A stretch of 63,998 bases of DNA, the filler included, from Octopus bimaculoides (lineage: Eukaryota): the NCBI RefSeq assembly GCF_001194135.2. It is 8 parts of 8 records of this genome, joined end to end, with 100 filler letters (N's around TTAATTAATTAA, not from the genome) between each part and the next. Parts side by side here need not be neighbours in the genome. Positions count along the whole stretch, not along the records: positions 51,982 to 57,902 come from NC_068996.1; positions 58,003 to 62,686 come from NC_068992.1; positions 62,787 to 63,998 come from NC_068983.1; 5 more parts are not named here. One strand, given 5' to 3'. The position numbers and the translations under genes are program-made. The notes below the pieces were generated by a model. It was not told the DNA's origin, made no database searches, and was given only the letters and a program-made list of their open reading frames with translations. Below, one piece after another: positions 52,341-63,998 of this stretch. Each line of letters opens with the position of its first letter. Within the stretch, counting starts at the first letter, position 1.

Positions 52341-53676
52341 TGTCGGATATTCAAAAGGAGAAATAAATAAGATTTTTTTCTTCAAGTCATTAAACTGAAA
52401 CCATAGTGGGGCACCACCTTGAGGAATTCTCATTGAATGAATTGTCTCCAGTACTTTTATTTTGTTTTAAGCCTGGTACTTGTTCCATCGGTCTCTTTTG
52501 CTGAACTGCTAAGTTATGGGGACATAAACACACTGACACTGGTTGTCAAATGTTGTACTGGGACAAACACAAAGACTCACACACACACACACACATACAT
52601 ACATACATGATGGGCTTCTTCCAGTTTTCATCTACCAAATCCACTCACAAGGCTTTGGATGGCCCGAGATTATAGTAGAAGACACTTGCCTAAAGTGCCA
52701 TGCAGTGGGACTGAACCCAGAACTAAGTAGTTGGGAAACAAACTTCTTACCACACAGCCACACCTGAAAAATATAGTTAAGCTAGCTTAAAGCCACCCTG
52801 TGGAGGGCTCTTCATTGGTCCTTGGCCCCAACAATGACACTTCATGCATTGAGTACATATTAAATTTTATTAAACTTGACCAATATTTTTCAAGCAATCA
52901 ACAATTTTCATCAAAACAATGAAATAATTTGTCGACTTGGAACTTATTGCAAAGCTGCAGGATAAACAACAGTTTTTTGTCTTCTCATTCGGGGAAGGGG
53001 TCAGTACATTTTTTTTCTGTCTAATCTCTTCTTTCTGTTGATTGTTTTCAACCAACAACATCACCAGTACCACCACCATCGCCACCAAAACTGCCATACA
53101 CACACCATTCAGACTTCTGACGCCACCAACATCAACACTTTTGACTTCACTGCCTTCCCCTCCACCAGCATCACCACTGTCTTTCACATCCCTTACTATC
53201 ACCATCATGCTTGACCGCCTCAGCTACCACCACCACCACCACCACCAACATCACCGTCGCCTCCACCTCTATCACAACTACAGATCATACTAATACTATC
53301 ACCTCATTACCATCTCAACTGTCAATCTACTACTGCCCTCACCATCTCTATGATTACTATTATTCTCACCCCAGCAAGAGGAATAGTAGAAGTGTCATTG
53401 AATAGTGAGAGAGGGAGTCAAAGTGTGACACACTGACACACAGATATTTGTTTTGGCATTTATTATTATAGATAACTATTTCTGAATAAACTAAAAAATA
53501 AACTACTCCCACATACAAATGCATTTATTGTACCTTGCTTGGTGGCCAAGAGTAAACTGCTCTTTCCATAAGTGAATAGATTAACATGGAGAAATTGTTT
53601 CCTAATTGCTTGAAATTATTTCCTTTTTTCCTCCATCATAAAAAGGATATAGCAATAATTAAGAATTTTAGACTGT

Positions 53677-53718
53677 ACTGTGCTGATGAGTTCTAATAGA
53701 CTGAAATATGTCCATAGT
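53677..53718 (+). ncRNA. Minimal type-I hammerhead-ribozyme-like motif
   Basis: ACTGTG CTGATGA GTTCTAATAGACT GAAA TATG TC CATAGT: 6-bp stem I (one G:U), intact CUGAUGA/GAAA core, GUC site, imperfect stem II. Confidence 0.6.
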
Positions 53719-53989
53719 TATCTCTTACCTACACAGAAAATTCAGATTCTTTCATTAGACAAATTTTGAGAAATCCTCAATTTCTTTGAAATTATCTCCC
53801 TTTTCCTTTGAAAGTTTCTAACAATTGCCACTAGGATTTTTACCTTTCTAAAAGAAACTTAAGTAATTAAGCATTTTGCATATGGTATTCAGTAGCCCAA
53901 CCTTTAATTTCATTATCCACATTTTATGCCTTTAGTTCTTTTGGGTTATTTCGCATTGGTCAATGTATTTTAATACACAGTACCTAGCT

Positions 53990-54600
53990 GGAGCCCTCAC
54001 AGTCACTCCAAGTATTGGGCATCACTATTACCTTGAATTTCTCCTGATGAAAGCACATCCTTAACATAGCTATGATCACATTCCAAAGGCTGGCTCTTAT
54101 TTTCAGGATCATCAAGTTTTCCAGCTCACAAAAGTTACTTATACTTTACAAAGCTCAATTAAGACCCATAACAGAGTACTACTCCTATATTTTGAACAGT
54201 GCTGTTACTATACAACAAATATTGTAGATCCTGTCTGGAGAAGGGTCATTGACTAATTGATAGTCACTTACAAACACATTCCAGCCTCTGGCCCATACAC
54301 ACTCTCTCTGCCCCTATATTTTTTGCCACTACTATTATAGCTTCAGTTCCTTGGAGCTAGCTGGTCTTTCAAACCTTTATTACTTGGTTATCTCTGACAA
54401 TCTTGACATTCTCATCTTTCCACCCCTTTCTACTCTTAGTATGTCCAGACAGACCCCTTAGTATGTCCAGACAGACCCTGCACAAATTGCTATGTCCAAT
54501 CCTTCTTCCCTGCAACGTTTGTCTTTATTCATGCTTTCCTACAGAAGCTGACCTGCAACAGTCTTAAACTGACCATCAACAGCATCAAATTTACCATTCT
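53990..54600 (+). mobile_element. CR1/L2-like LINE RT C-terminal remnant
   Basis: Translation with stops, VLGITITLNFS**KHILNIA..RLALIFRI..SSQKLLILYKAQLRPITEY, resembles 'LGV.FS..LSW..HI..L.YKA.IRP.LEYCS'. Confidence 0.6.
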
Positions 54601-55166
54601 CAGAGGGTCAGCAACAGTCTGAGACTCTGCCAATTCGTCCCACACTCAATTAACTTCAAATAATAAAATTAAAATTCGTAAAAAATACCTTTTTTTTTAT
54701 AAAGAAAATAATTATAGGTTAATGTGACCCATTTATAATAAATTTAATGCAATGATTTACAAAGATTGCCTTTAAATTTTCTCATCTCTCTCTATCAAAT
54801 CAGGGTTAATTTTATTATCTTCCTCTATCACCATTGTTATTGTCATTGTCATCGTCAATGTTATCCTCTGTCATCACATTATGACACAAAAAAAGAAATG
54901 GCTTTTGTGATTGCTTCTAGCTGTAGAAACAGCGATCATACTTCTCTCAAAAGATATTAACGTAGTCATGGATATTCCTAAAATGATGATAGGATGGTCA
55001 CAGTTGGAACGAATACATTTAAACATAGGTCTGCTTAACAACAACAACAACAACAACAAAAACTGTCTTGCCACTGCTGTCACTGATGACATAATAGCAA
55101 TTATAAAGATGTATTGTCTGTACTAGACGGTGACATTATTGTTGTTATCACCATCATCATCATCGC

Positions 55167-55198
<32 letters not shown>

Positions 55199-55506
55199 CC
55201 ACCACCACCACCACCACCACCACTGGCATGGGTTGGACGGTTTGACTGAAGTCTGGAGAGTCAGTGGCTGCATCAGGCTCCAATCTGGTCTGGCATAGTT
55301 TCTACAGCTGGATGCCCTTCCTAATGCCAGCCACTCCGAGAGTGTAGTGGGTGCTTTTATGTACCACCAGCACAGGAGCCAGTAAGGCAGGCCTGGCAAT
55401 GATCACGTTCGGATGGTGCTTTTTACATGTCACCTGCACAAGAGCCAGTCAGTGGGTACTGGCATCGGCCATATTCAGATGGTGCTTTTTACGTGCCACT
55501 GGCAGT

Positions 55507-55537
<31 letters not shown>

Positions 55538-55549
55538 TANNNNNNNNNN

Positions 55550-55607
<58 letters not shown>

Positions 55608-55819
55608 GTATGTGTATAATGAAGTCGAAAATGCACATAGAGTGTATCTTAAGGTTTATTTAATTTAAAATTGATTCACTTAACTGGTTTCATATTTGTA
55701 TGATTTGCATGCATGTGGTTTTAGGTTCAATCTCACTGCACAGCAACTAGTGTGAGTGTCTTCTATTACAGCCCAGGGCTAACCAATGCTTTGTGAGTGA
55801 ATTTGGTCGACAGTAACTG

Positions 55820-56520
55820 TGCTATTTGACTCATCAGAAGGTGATTTCCAGTATGCACTGAATCAATTCGCTGCAGAGTTCTTGAAAGCAGGAATGAGAT
55901 TTAGTGTTGCGAAGACTAAGGCATTGGTCCTTTTAAAAAAGTCTTCTCAGTGCACCCTGCATGTTAGGGGAACATCACTGAGACAAGTGGGGGAAGTTTA
56001 AGGATCTAGGGTGCTGTATTCACAAGTGATGGGAAACAGGAGGCAGAAAAGGAGAAGCTGGTAAGAAAAACACAAACTTGCTATCTTCAAATTGGTTTCT
56101 GTGCCTATCCTCACCTATGGTGATGAAAGATGGCTAACGACAGAAGGAGTATGATCACAAATACAAGCAGCTGAAATGGATTCCTCTGAAGAATTCCTGG
56201 AATAATGTTTCTCAACATGAAGCATAGTTTGGAGATCAGCAAATTTCTCCATGTCGAGATGCTATTTCTCTGCATTGAGATGTCACAGCTTCAGTTCTGC
56301 AGACATGTGATTAGAATGGTGGAGGAAAGAATCACAAGGTGAATTCTTCAAGTGGAACCAACCAGACTTAAGAATAGACCAGGAGTGAGATGATTGGATA
56401 ATATCCATAATCTCAGTTAGTGATGCTTAGGAATCCAACCAGAAGGTGTCATGACAGCTGCTTCTGACAGGACCATATGAAGGAGGTACCTGAAGTTGTT
56501 ATATCCTCAAACCTTTCAAG
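55820..56520 (+). mobile_element. RTE-like LINE RT 3' fragment
   Basis: SSEGDFQYALNQFAAEFLKAGMRFSVAKTKALV..L.V.GTSLRQV..FK.LG..FTSDG, followed by degenerate PILTYG.E.W and LE..E..V motifs. Confidence 0.6.
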
Positions 56521-57739
56521 AATAGTGGGCAGATAAGATGGACGGATATATATATGTGTGTATGTGCATATGTGTGTGTGTGTGTCTTTGAGTCTGTATT
56601 TGTCCTCTACTAACCTTTGACAACTGGTGTTGGTTTGTTTACATACCTGTAACATAGCAGTTCAGTAAAAGGGACTAATAGAAGAAGTATCAGACTTTAG
56701 AAATAGGTATTGGAATCAATTTGTTTGACTAAATTTCTTCAAGGCAGTACTCCAGTATGGCTGCAGTATAATCTTTTCTACTTTAGGCACAAGGCCCAAA
56801 ATTTTTGTGGAAGGGGGACCAGTCGATTAGATCAACCCCAGTATACAACTGGTACTTAATTCATCGACCCTCGAAAGGATGAAAGGCAAAGTTGACCTTG
56901 GTGGAATTTGAACTCAGAACGTAAAGTCATGCTAATGTTTCTTATTTCTTTATTGCCCAGAAGGGTCTAAACATAGAGGGGACAGACAAAGGGATTAAAT
57001 TGATTACATCGACCCCAGTGTATAACTGGTACTTAATTTATCGATCCTGAAAGGATGAAAGTCGACCTCAGCGGAATTTGAACTCAGAACGTAAAGACAG
57101 ACGAAATACCGCTAAGCATTTCACCCGGCGTGCTAACGTTTCTGCCAACTTGCCATTATACTAATGTCATGCTGACAATTCTGCCAGCGCACCACCTTAT
57201 GGCTGCAGTATAACGACTGAAGCGAATAAAAAGGTAAACAATATTTTTGTGTGAAATGCATGATTTGATGATTTAGATTTTACTTATAAATACTTTGCCT
57301 GCACACATGCAACGTTGACTGTGAATTCATGGAGTTGTTAAACATCAAATAGACTGGCTTGGAATATTCTCTCTACTCTTTACTCTGAATTCATATCCCA
57401 TTAAAAGCAATGTTACGTTTCATTTGGTGGGTAATAAAAAAATATATTAGTCAAGTACTGCAGGGGACGGGGTGGGGTTAATTTTTCTCCTTCACTTTTG
57501 GAATTGGCAACCATTTGCTATGAGACGGGTTCTGAGAGGCAATTACTAGTGTCCCTTTCTCCAAAAATGGAGAAAAGACAAGTAAAAATGAAAGCAACCG
57601 TTTCTTACATGATATGTTATTGTCAAAGAATGAACTGATGTGTAGTATAGCATGGAATGGAAATAAAGGAAAATATATTACAGTTCTATATTTAAGAGAT
57701 GAGGAATTATATACATTATTTACATTATTAACATTTGAC

Positions 57740-57860
57740 GGATATTTGTCCTCATCTTGTCTGTTGTTAACACAACGTTTCGGCTGATATACCCTCCAAC
57801 CCTCATCAGGGGTCTTGGGGAAATTTCAAACCTGGGTTCTCATTCCTAAGGTATTTTTTT
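57740..57860 (-). mobile_element. Penelope-like element terminus containing a minimal hammerhead-like motif (57767-57816)
   Basis: Minus strand reads aagaccc CTGATGAG GGTTG gagggtatat CAGCC GAAA CG TT gtgttaa: core motifs, 5-bp stem II, palindromic AACGTT helix III. Confidence 0.5.
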
Positions 57861-57862
57861 TA

Positions 57863-57902
<40 letters not shown>

Positions 57903-58031
57903 NNNNNNNNNNNNNNNNNNNNNNNNNNNNNNNNNNNNNNNNNNNNTTAATTAATTAANNNNNNNNNNNNNNNNNNNNNNNNNNNNNNNNNNNNNNNNNN
58001 NNGTGTATATATATATATATATATGTACACA

Positions 58032-58077
<46 letters not shown>

Positions 58078-58916
58078 GTTATCTGTCTGTCTGTCTGTAT
58101 GTATGTATGTATGTATGTATGTATGTATGTCAGTCCAATTGTACCCTTGTCTACGCAATACAATTGTATTATGTCCAAACTGAAAGTGGAGCCAATATGT
58201 AAGACGTAAAATACAGTCTTGGATAACATTCCTGTACAAATATTGGTCAACGTCATTGGAAATCTATTAAACATTTTGCCCTGAACACTTAGTGTAGAGG
58301 AATGTGAATCTAAAGAATGTTTAGTTAGACAAGAATGATAGGGATTGGTGTAGCTGGTGCTTGTTTTTTTCTTTTATTTTCTCTTCTTGGAATTGTTTTG
58401 TTGATGTAATATTATTGATTTCTCATTTGCTGTCGTTTTGGATGAAAACGGTGAAAAACATGGAGAAGTTCCAAATCCAGTTGGCTTTGATATATCGTGA
58501 GAAGAAAGAGCTGAAATTACCGGAGTAAAACGTCTTACACTATTTAGTTACAGTCCTTTATGTTCTGAGGTCAACTCTCACCGACATCTTTGCCTTTCTT
58601 CCGGGGTCGATATAATAAAATAACACTGAAGTAGTAGAGGTGGGGAGAGCAATATAATAGAATATCTATCAAATACCGGTGGCGATATGATAAAGTAGGT
58701 CAACTATTGATGATGATGATGATATAATCAACAGTTATCTTCCCTTCCACCACACAAAACCCTGTCAAAATTTGAAATAATTACAATTTGTTTTTCTTCT
58801 CTGTAAATAAAAGAACGTGTTAGTGACAATTGTTATCACATTTTGGTTTCCTACGGAAATTTTGCCTCTCTTCTCTTTGGATAGATCAGCACGAGAACCT
58901 CATCCATAACACTACA

Positions 58917-58968
<52 letters not shown>

Positions 58969-60025
58969 TTCATAGTTCTTGGTTGTGATGCTAAAGTGAT
59001 GGTCATTAATTGTGTCAAATATCTTCAAAGGATTCTGACAGTTGTAGTGGGTAAAATATGTTCTGTTAATTCTACAGTGTGTTCTCATATAAATCTTAGA
59101 ACAAAGTTTCTTTCAGACAATGAGACAAGACTGAGAAATGGAATATTTACTCATTAAGGTAAACAGGTTTCGAGAGATTGTTAATCTACTGAGGCACAGC
59201 TCCTTACGTTTAGAGACTGCTGAGACAAACTATTCTTTGAAAATATGACACATTTAGAATTAAAGATATTTGTTATGACATTAGTAGGTATTAAAATGAC
59301 GCTTTTGATATTGGTGAGAACCAATAATATAAACCTAGAAATTAAGGAAAATAGCAGACAAATTCTTATTTAAGTAGCTGAAATTAAAAATAAGTAAAAT
59401 CAACTCGGAAGCTGTATAAAGTTAATTCCTTTACAAGCTTATCCTTGTCGCGATAACTCTTGGAAACAAAACTTATTAGACGGAAGAATATGTATAAACA
59501 AAATCGAAGTTTTAAACAGAATACAACCACACACAAAAAGGCTGATAATGGTATAGCTTTTAGTTCTAAACATGAGACGATGATTGCTTCTTCTTCTCTA
59601 AGAAGGAACTTTGTTGTCAGTCTTGTCTTTCACGGTGAATTCATAACCAAACATTGATTTCTTTAGAAAATAATAGAAGCTAAATATGGTTTTGTTTAGA
59701 AATCATAGCGAAGATGATTTTGACACGTTAAATCGGATGTTCAGAAATGATAGATGTAAATGAATGACACATCGCTAGACATTGGAGATATTTCATGATA
59801 TTTTTGATTTTAGTGCTGCATATTTTATATATTATTTTGAAATAACTCAACAAAATAAGAAACAGCACCCTCTACGTACAAAGAAACGATATCTAATATA
59901 ACTAGATAAGTATTTTCGTAGACTACAAGTTGGGTGGATAAAATAAGTACCAGGCAAATATTGGAGTCAATGTAATAGACTACCCCCTCCCTCAAATTTC
60001 AAGCCTTGTGCTTATAGTAGAAAGG

Positions 60026-60160
<135 letters not shown>

Positions 60161-61942
60161 ATTAAGGTGGTGAGCTGGCAGAATCGTTAGCAGGGCGGGC
60201 GAAATGCATAGCGGTATTTCGTCTGCCGATACGTTCTGCGTTCAAATTCCGCCGAGGTCAACTTTGCCTTTCATCCTTTCAGGGTCGATGAATTAAGTAC
60301 CAGTGAAAGACTGGGGTCGATGTAATCGACTTATCCCCTTTCCAAAGATGGCAGCCCTTGTGGGAAAATGTGAAATTATTATTATTATTTAAGGCGTCGA
60401 GCTGACAGAATCGTTTGCACGCTAGCAGAAATGCTTATCGGTATTTCGCTCGTCACTACGTTTCAAGTTCAATTTCTGCCGAGGTTGACTTTCACTTTCA
60501 TCCTTTCGGACCGTTAAATTAAGTACCAGTGAAACACTGAGGTCGGTGTTATCGACTAGTCCTTCCACCCACAAATCTGGGGCCTTGCGCGTCCAGTAGA
60601 AAGGGTTATTATCTCAGTGAAGTTCAATCTTACTTGCTTGCAATGTTACACAGCCAAACTGGCACATAATGGGAACGTACTATGAATTAAGTTTCCCCTG
60701 ACGAAAAACTACGATTTTTTTCTTTACAGTAAATGTTTCTATTTTCGCTTTTGTTAAACACAATATTTCAGTCATTTAGAAATATTTTTAAGTGAATGTG
60801 ATTTCAAACTTGTAAATTATTTGTACAGTAAGTATTTATAGTTTAGCTTTCTTTAAACAGACAATATATGTTTTTAAAATTATTTTCAAGTGAATACCAT
60901 TACAAAAAGTTTTTGGCATATTTAAAAAATATCTTAAAGTGAAAAGGACTTTAAAAATATGGTAAATATTTCGTAAAAGACCCGCTTGTAACCTCGGTGT
61001 GAAATAATTTTTGTCCATAAGATTTTTCGAGTGCATTTANNNNNNNNNNNNNNNNNNNNNNNNNNNNNNNNNNNNNNNNNNNNNNNNNNNNNNNNNNNNN
61101 NNNNNNNNNNNNNNNNNNNNNNNNNNNNNNNNNNNNNNNNNNNNNNNNNNNNNNNNNNNNNNNNNNNNNNNNNNNNNNNNNNNNNNNNNNNNNNNNNNNN
61201 NNNNNNNNNNNNNNNNNNNNNNNNNNNNNNNNNNNNNNNNNNNNNNNNNNNNNNNNNNNNNNNNNNNNNNNNNNNNNNNNNNNNNNNNNNNNNNNNNNNN
61301 NNNNNNNNNNNNNNNNNNNNNNNNNNNNNNNNNNNNNNNNNNNNNNNNNNNNNNNNNNNNNNNNNNNNNNNNNNNNNNNNNNNNNNNNNNNNNNNNNNNN
61401 NNNNNNNNNNNNNNNNNNNNNNNNNNNNNNNNNNNNNNNNNNNNNNNNNNNNNNNNNNNNNNNNNNNNNNNNNNNNNNNNNNNNNNNNNNNNNNNNNNNN
61501 NNNNNNNNNNNNNNNNNNNNNNNNNNNNNNNNNNNNNNNNNNNNNNNNNNNNNNNNNNNNNNNNNNNNNNNNNNNNNNNNNNNNNNNNNNNNNNNNNNNN
61601 NNNNNNNNNNNNNNNNNNNNNNNNNNNNNNNNNNNNNNNNNNNNNNNNNNNNNNNNNNNNNNNNNNNNNNNNNNNNNNNNNNNNNNNNNNNNNNNNNNNN
61701 NNNNNNNNNNNNNNNNNNNNNNNNNNNNNNNNNNNNNNNNNNNNNNNNNNNNNNNNNNNNNNNNNNNNNNNNNNNNNNNNNNNNNNNNNNNNNNNNNNNN
61801 NNNNNNNNNNNNNNNNNNNNNNNNNNNNNNNNNNNNNNNNNNNNNNNNNNNNAACACAAATACACCTTTACTTAATGTCTATGTATGAAACGTTTGGATA
61901 TACTGATGACCCAGAGTGTTATCGATACATATAAAACTGAGA

Positions 61943-62110
61943 ATGTCTGTCTGTCTGTCTAACCAAAACTCGAGAACTACTCAACGGATTTCATTCAAAT
62001 TTTACGCATGCCTTACTTAGGGTCCATGCAGTGTCATGCACTCAAAAATTTTCAACTTCTTGCCTAATGCGAGCCCGAAGCAATCTCTTATCTCTTACAT
62101 TGTTTCCGTA
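61943..62110 (+). mobile_element. Possible Helitron/DINE-like non-autonomous element
   Basis: (GTCT)n followed by aactcgagaactactcaacggatttcattcaaatttt, resembling the DINE-1/HINE architecture. Recalled similarity only. Confidence 0.35.
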
Positions 62111-63250
62111 TTACGTTTAAAAAGTGAATACTTTCACTATTATATGGTTTCAATTTCAATTACTTTCGATATGTATTTATATACATGTTTGTATATGTAT
62201 GTATGTATGTATATATAACTGGTACTTAATATATCGACCCTGAAAGGATTAAAGGGAAAGTCGACTTTGGCGGATTTGAACTCAGCACATAACGACAAAC
62301 GAAACACCACTAAGCATTTCGCCCGGGGTAGGGAGCAGAGGGATGTGGAAAGGCTTAGTCGTCACTCGCAAGCGAGTATAACATAATAGGTTTCACCATT
62401 TACAATTATTGAAGCATAATTGTTTTAGCTTCTCATTTAATGGCAAGCAGACAACACACTTTCGGTCCTCCCACCTTTGACCAGGCTGGAGGGCGAAAAA
62501 GCTGCTCCACTTCTATGTTTGTACTCATTTACAACTAAATAGACAAGAGCATCGTGAAATGAAGAGCCTGAATCAAGTCCACATCGCACCATTCGATCCA
62601 GGAATCGAAACCAAGATGTTACGATCGTGAGCCCAAAAACCTAACTAAAAGGTTATGCGCTTTCAAATATGTATATATATATATATNNNNNNNNNNNNNN
62701 NNNNNNNNNNNNNNNNNNNNNNNNNNNNNNTTAATTAATTAANNNNNNNNNNNNNNNNNNNNNNNNNNNNNNNNNNNNNNNNNNNNATATATATATGTAG
62801 ATGATTCTATGTATTTAACTCCCAATAAATGTGTTGAGGGTCCTTCTTTCGTTTGTCTGCTCACTCGCATATATATGTATATATATATATATATGTCACT
62901 TCTCCATAAGTCAGTACAAAGCGTATTCGAAAAGAAATGTTGAACACTTACATTTTACGTGGAAAAAACGCGCACTGGCACATACATTTCCGACACGTCT
63001 CGTATCGACCCAGAAAAGATAAATCCTTATCCCAAGAAAGGATTTTCTTTATCCATATTATGTTTCGCAGCCAAACGGACCAACACTCTCTATTTATTTA
63101 TATTAGTGAATTGGCTATGTGCTTCCGTTCAAAAGGTAGGACGCGTCGCTTGCAGTGCCGAGTGCAATAGTAGACGTGAAATCAATGATAACGTTCCGGT
63201 TGCTTTTTTTCCATGATCAAGGAAACACTAATACTACATATACATAAACA

Positions 63251-63998
63251 TATAGAAATAAGGGCAGAGAATCGTCAATTAGTAATAGAATTAATAATTA
63301 ACAATTTTGCCAAGTAGTTCAGTATGAAAAAACCTTTATCGGTAAAACCATTTATCATCATAAATATACAGGGATTAGCTTCAGTTGCTTCTCCAACATA
63401 CTGAAAATTTAGAAATAGCAGTCAAAGAACTACTGATTCCAAACTACAATTTTTTTCTCTAAACGGATGGCGATATTTATGGCACACATAGAACAAAAAA
63501 CCGAAGGGAAAAGCAAAAACAAACCTGCCTTTAGTTAATTGGATACGACGTTTCACGGTTAAGAGTATGAAGTTACTCTATTCTGACTCTTCAGCCCAAT
63601 ATTCTGATAAATTTGAAAGTGTCTCTAAAACATTCACGGTAATTTTTGGCCATGCGACACCAAAAACCAACGAGAGGAAAGGCACTTACGAATTCATCGG
63701 CTAGTGAGTTCAGACACCTCACCCCAAAGAAATCTATTCCATGTGCGTCACAAATAGTCCCGTATGAAAAAAGTCCCGTGTGAAGGGATTACGGTTTAAC
63801 CATCTAACTTAGAGGTATCAAATATAAAATATACAGGAATAAGTGCAGGGAATCGTCAATTAGTAATAGAATTAATAATTAACAATTTTGCCAAGTAGTT
63901 CAGTATGAAAAAACCTTTATCGGTAAAACCATTTATCATCATAAATATACGGGGATTAGCTTCAGTTGCTTCTCCAACATACTGAAAATTTAGAAATA
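63251..63998 (+). repeat. Direct repeat with 581-nt period, running off the window end
   Basis: 63270-63417 and 63851-63998 are near-identical (aatcgtcaattagtaatagaatt...ctgaaaatttagaaata). Confidence 0.9.

Noticed and set aside
52990-53400. Thr/Pro/His-rich ORFs resembling mucin (also 9740-10350)
   Set aside because: Degenerate (ACC/ACT)n low-complexity DNA open in several frames, with no splice or homology support.
55101-55399. Poly-Cys/Trp/Val/Leu ORFs; poly-Ile at 60008-60190; YI/TH/CV dipeptide ORFs throughout
   Set aside because: Translations of (AGC)n, (ACC)n, (ATT)n, (TA)n and (CA)n microsatellites.
59078-59158. Possible plus-strand exon (ctacAG|...AAG|GTaaac)
   Set aside because: All three frames contain stops and there is no recognisable homology; splice-like signals of this quality are expected by chance.

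Overview
This is an AT-rich, gap-riddled eukaryotic scaffold dominated by repeats. The SINE, LINE and microsatellite content is most consistent with a coleoid cephalopod such as Octopus (inference from recalled repeat families, not a database hit). The only host gene I can support is SSU72 (RNA polymerase II CTD pSer5 phosphatase) on the minus strand. Internal coding exons 2, 3 and 4 (35278-35421, 17092-17231, 14274-14392; 144/140/119 nt; GT-AG; phases 2/2/1/0) splice into one open frame. Exon 1 (catalytic CX5R motif) and the last exon were not found. The rest is mostly decayed mobile DNA: RTE-, CR1/L2- and R4/Dong-type LINE fragments, tRNA-derived SINEs, mariner, Merlin, hAT- and piggyBac-type elements, and microsatellites. 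Seven artificial 100-nt assembly spacers (44N-TTAATTAATTAA-44N) are also present. The most notable observations are three minimal hammerhead-ribozyme-like motifs (two belong to one homologous dispersed repeat), three long fold-back inverted repeats, inverted young repeat pairs bracketing SSU72 exons, and a strand-composition flip at the 40.1 kb spacer. No CRISPR array, rRNA or intact tRNA gene was seen. I cannot claim a proven new biological system; the hammerhead-bearing repeat family is the best candidate for follow-up.
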